DNA of 52,639 bases, the filler included, from Sphacelaria rigidula (lineage: Eukaryota), in assembly GCA_964200075.2 (NCBI GenBank). It is 4 parts of 4 records of this genome, joined end to end, with 100 filler letters (N's around TTAATTAATTAA, not from the genome) between each part and the next. Parts side by side here need not be neighbours in the genome. Positions count along the whole stretch, not along the records: positions 39,556 to 52,639 come from CAXNAA020003163.1; 3 more parts are not named here. One strand, 5' to 3'. Within the stretch, counting starts at the first letter, position 1, and each line of letters begins with the position of its first letter. The notes under the pieces are model-generated. The model had not been told where the DNA came from. It worked only from the letters and a program-made list of their open reading frames with translations, and did not search any database. This document shows positions 47,950 to 52,639 of this stretch, in pieces. Position numbers and translations under genes: made by a program.

Positions 47950-50900
47950 AGACCAATCCCAGCGTGACACCGACACCCGCGTCGCCAGACAACGCAACAA
48001 AAGGGCCCCTCCTGGGGAGCCATCTGGAGATTTTTCAACACCATCGGGACACGGTACCAAGCGACCGGGATCGCCGTGCTCTTCGAAGCCAACACTTTCT
48101 CGAAGCCAACACATTCGAACGTGTTCGTGTCAAAGTCGACGCGAAAGAAGAAAAAGAAGGCTACGCATCCTGCCACCCCTCAGGTCGATCCAGATCCGAT
48201 TCTAGATGTCGACAGCTCATCTGCGGCGGCGCCCGACCAAGAGTAGGTAGCACGAGAGAGAGCTACAGGAGATGGACAAGAGGTTCCTAAAAACGTCACC
48301 AACATATAAAGACTCCTACTGCGCTGCAGAAGCTTGCCCCTATCACCGAATGCCGAGAGGCGGCGGAAGAGGACGTGAAGGAGAAAATGGTCTGCGGCGA
48401 GGGCGCCGGGTGGAAGGCGGAAAGAGAGCTGTTCCTCAAGTACCAACCGTACGTACTCCCGCTTTTTTGCCGACCTGAAAAGAGGTTCTGCATCCGCGGG
48501 ACGAGCGATTGGTTTACGGTCCGTAGGCAACGGTTATTCTGGCGTGCTACATGTCTCAGAAGAAGCTAGACGTTGTGATCGAGTGTCACGTGTTGGGCGA
48601 CAACACGAAGAAGGGCGCAACGGTGCAGAAGATATACGCGACTCCAACGAAGAACAGCACGACTAAAGCGACGCAGAGTCAAGGCAGAAATTCGACGTTG
48701 AAGTCCAACACCCATAACGATACCATGTACAGGCAGGAGTTGCTGATCGCTTTGCGAGGGACTGTGGGGGTGCCCAATAATTCCCAGAAGGAAAAGGAGG
48801 GGGTACTTCTCAAGCTCGAAGCCTCCGTCCGTCCCATCTAGCATGCTGTATTCTAATGGAGGTGAGAGGAATATCTACTACCGATCAGTAGTCTAGTGGC
48901 GAAAACGCTGGCAAACGAGCATACCCACCCCCGTCGCCTCAGCCGCAGGCCACTAACAAACAGCCTTCCTTTGTCTATTTTTGTACACGCACTGACGTGA
49001 TATTTTCCGCATGTATTCACATTGAGTATTCCGAACAGGCAGACTGATCGACGCATTTCTCCTCGACGCGCATTCGTCCTCCCCTCCTGCCCCCACTTTT
49101 CTCGTTGATCCGGTCCCACCACGTGCTTGTCCAGGTAAAAGGCACTCCCACAAAAGTCTTCCCGTGGAGTGGATAAGGTCTACCTGTCCCGATGCAGAAC
49201 AGCTAGACCTATACTACGTAGCGGAGGTTCACGCCAATGACTGCACGGTGGGAGTGAACCAGCAATCTCCTCGGGCCGTCACAGACGACGGGTACACAGC
49301 AGTCGAAGCCTACCATGCGGCCAAGGTTCTTATTGAATGGACGGGCGCCGAGACCAAACTGTTAATGCATACATACGATGGGCCCGACATCGCGGGGATC
49401 ATGAAGGCGCATGAGCAACAAGGGCGAATTAATGAGCTCGGAAAGTGCAACACAAAGTTCCATCCCACTTCAACGAAGGCCCTTCTCCGCGGGCCAGGCT
49501 TCCAGAACTTGCTTCGGCAACACAATAAACATGTGCTGAATTACTTGACGAGCGGTGCCTTCAAGCGAGTATTACTCGAGAACAATCGTGGACCCTTGAT
49601 TGTCATGCACGGGGGCATAATACCGCGTGCTATGAGAGGTTTTACCCCAACGATTGTGACCAGAGTTGGAGTGCACGTTGGCCGGGATCATGGGAAGTTG
49701 CGACGACGGAGACCAGCGGGCGCGGGTCTGTGGCGACTACGTCACTCTGCGTGGGTGCCGTGAGAGAGGGACTAGACGGGCCTGTCCGAGGATCCTGTGC
49801 CGCAGCGGTTGGAGGCTCGCGAATGTTGTGGGCAGTAGGGTGGTAGGACCCATCCGTCAGTCTGCGACAGCGGCGATAGCACGCGAATGAGGGGGCGGAA
49901 GAGCGGCGGCGGTGATGGCGGATGCGCCGGGGTGCGCCGGTGTTGCTCGCTGCCAGCTGCGGGAGGCGTCCCGGCAGTCGAAGGGGGCGATGGTGATTGT
50001 CGGCGGTGGCAGTCGCGGCGACAGGCGCCATATTTGTTGCTGACGGGCTGGCGGTGGCAGCCCGCCGGTGGAATTCGGCGGCGGCGACAGGTGGGTGGAG
50101 AGGTGGAGGGATCGCGATACCGCCAGCGGCGGCCCCGCGAACAAATCTTACGGCGAAGCCAGTCGCGGGTGTTGCTGCCCGTGCGGGGGCGAGGGGGGGC
50201 GTCTCCAAGATCGAACCTTTGGGCAGTGACAGGCAGCGAGAGGGGAGTAGAAGATGCAGCAGCAGAAGCACATCTGCCATGTGCATTGCTCCCGCACCGT
50301 TCTGGTCGAGACTCGCAACCCCAACTGCTGTCGTGGCGCCATGGCAGTGGGCCTGATTATAGCATCCATAGCGCATCATCATCCAGCCTGAATTGTCGTT
50401 TGCAAAGCACTTGAAGAACTGGCTCGTGACTCCCAGCGATACTCATCAGTGGAAGATTATACTTCTTGTCATGTCCTCCAGGTGTATTACGCCGAAGGGC
50501 TCAGACGCGGTTCAAACCACTACCAAATTCTTTGTCAATGGTGGCCCCCGGTACACTCTAGTGCATAGGGTATACAGATTCTGTGGGACGAGAACGAAGG
50601 CGCTTGGCCTCTCGACGGACAGTATTCTTGGCGGACGCAATGTGGAGTTGATGCCGTTAGTTTCAACCTACCTGTTGACCGGATGCGATTCCTACCACAA
50701 GAATCCGGGATTACTTTCCTCGAGATGTGGGATTTTGCTCTGACACAGGACTTATGTTCACCACATTCCGGCAGGACTTGCAGTCCTACGTGAACAAGAT
50801 CTGCTTGTGTGTCACCACCGTACATGGGCACGTGCCTTCCCGCTGCTACCACGACTTGGACGCCTGCAGAAAGCACGTGGATATGTCTGAAGGCGTATTC

Positions 50901-52200
50901 AGCGGGGGGTGGGGGGGGGGAGGGGACAGAAGCCCACAGTGGGAACCAACCGGTGCGGATGGGCCGTTGAACCACAGGAGAACATTTATCACAAGGGTGC
51001 TAGACACTCGGTGAGCCGAGGGATGTTGGAGCTCGCGCGCGATAGCATTGTTGTTGACATTTCAAAGCACACGTATGACAAATTCGGAATACTGGGAACC
51101 CTCAGGTGTTCATGAAATTCGGCAAAGGTGGCGATTTGAGTTGCAGATGCTCAGGGTACAGGTGTTTGGGAACTGCACGATGATCGGCAGTGGCCATGGC
51201 CACAGCATTTTGCCCCCGCCCTCTTCGCCAGCGACGGCGCGACTACCGCCGCTGATACCGGCGGTGGAATTAGCGGTGCACGCGGCCGATCCCAGCGTGG
51301 GAGGGGCGAGTCCAAGATGAATAATGGAAGGGGCGGGTCCACGACACATCGTCGAAGGGGCGAGCCGCGTGGAGCGAGCAACACGTCGGGGGTAGCTGTT
51401 CATACACACGCGGCCATTGAGCTACACCCCAAAATGCCTCCGGAGGGATGCGCGGCCCTCCAGGGGGAAAACAAGCCTCCGGAGGCCTTCAATCCCTCCG
51501 GAGGAAAGCAAACTCTACCGACCCGGAGGGCCGCGCAACCCTCCGGAGGAATTTGGGGGTATGCGCGGTCCTCCAGAGGCAAAAATAAGCCTCCGGAGGC
51601 GTTTAGTCCTTCCGGAGGACACCAAAAAATATCCTCTGGGGGGTCGGGAACCCTCCAGAGGCGTTTAATTCCTCTGGAGGCTCGAAAATTTTACCTACCT
51701 AGAGGAATTGTGGAGGTAGTCAAATGGCCGCGTGTGTATCCATCATGGTGGGGAGCCAGGAACAGATCCTGCCAATTGAAATTGTTGCAACGATGGGCCA
51801 AACAGACCCATCAGCCTCGAGTCGAAGTACTCAAGCACTCAGTCAGGATCTGCATTGGAAATTCAGATTCCAAATGCAGCGGGTCGGAGAAATAGGAGTC
51901 GGCATCGGGAGCGAGCAACGACTACGATGACTATTTCGCGTTTTGATTGAGCCTGCTGGGACATTTCGAGGATTAATTTTCAGCAGATAAATTGCACGCA
52001 TAGATCTGTGCTATTCAAGGGTGGCTTGTCCAGGAGGGTGTCATTCACCGTGCCTTGTGGGCATAGCGATGGTGCATGCATGGCGCGGTGCGCTCTTGGG
52101 TGCACAGGGGTGTGTGTCTGCCGACGCCCTTGGGCGAATCCCCGATTATGCATTATGCTAGACATTGACCCTTTTGGAACCCTCCCCTCCTGTCCCCGGG
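47950..52200 (+). pseudogene. Fragmented ORFs of an unknown large gene or element; possible FEN1/XPG-like nuclease motifs and a Cys cluster
   Basis: Co-oriented ORF fragments 48375-48841, 49164-49763, 50393-51115, 52008-52361; motifs WLVTPSDTHQWKIILLV, YLLTGCDS..PGL and CGHSDGACMARCALGCTGVCVC. Confidence 0.35.
51437..51680. repeat. Cluster of CCTCCGGAGG palindromes in a degenerate repeat
   Basis: Repeated cctccggagg, cctccagagg and cctctggagg; internal duplication aa(c/t)aagcctccggaggc. Confidence 0.8.
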
Positions 52201-52574
52201 TCAAACACCTCATTATGAGAAGCCCTGACGAAGAAGAAAAGATGGAAACAGAAAACGCCGACGGCAACCATTTTTATGATGGAAGGTCGGGGAAGAGCCC
52301 AGTAGCACACGCGACGGGTGCAGGAAAAATGTCCTCCCTGGAGACTGGAGAGGTCGGGTGAGGTTTGTACAACCATACTACGCAACGGATGAAGTGTTGT
52401 AATGCGTGAGAGGACAGCATGCTTAGGGAACCGCATCGTTGTTCGAAACACCTCAGGATTGACGTTTTTCAAAACCAATCGGGTCAATCGCTGCAGGGAC
52501 CACGCCCCTGACCCGAACCCCAACACTAACCCCAACCCTAACGTTAACCATAGGGATGTTCGGATTCCGATGCG

Positions 52575-52639
52575 GAGCAATGCTACGGTAGGGGTGCACT
52601 TTTTTCGCGAAATTTTGTCTGGTTCAGGGGCTCCTAACG
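52575..52639 (+). mobile_element. Left end of a second copy of the GAG-ended MITE family (runs off the window)
   Basis: GAGCAATGCTACGGTAGGGGTGCAC...aggggctcctaacg matches 24760-24823. Confidence 0.85.

Noticed and set aside
52505..52549. Telomere-like (CCCTAA) degenerate hexamers
   Set aside because: Short, highly degenerate and interstitial; not evidence of a chromosome end

Overview
Repeat-rich eukaryotic scaffold window with five assembly gaps; three contain a TTAATTAATTAA spacer. Intron architecture, low-complexity exons and TE types suggest a brown alga (Ectocarpus-like); this is inferred, not shown. Contents: (1) a multi-exon + strand gene for a large low-complexity protein with ~30-aa repeats and Cys motifs (~0.9-8.6 kb); (2) two defective chromodomain-type Ty3/gypsy retrotransposons in tandem (minus strand, period 5712 bp) sharing a central LTR; (3) next to them, an array of ~0.6-kb units that are each an imperfect palindrome, one interrupted by a 257-bp GAG-ended MITE with a 4-bp TSD; (4) a 1.4-kb TA-flanked Tc1/mariner-like element; (5) a phase-consistent 6-exon minus-strand gene ending in fascin-like motifs; (6) a long inverted repeat enclosing a tRNA-His-derived element with encoded G-1 and CCA; (7) a decayed Ty1/copia; (8) a triple nest of tRNA-derived SINEs; (9) a decayed ORF region with possible FEN1/XPG-like nuclease motifs and a Cys cluster. 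All alignments were done by eye.
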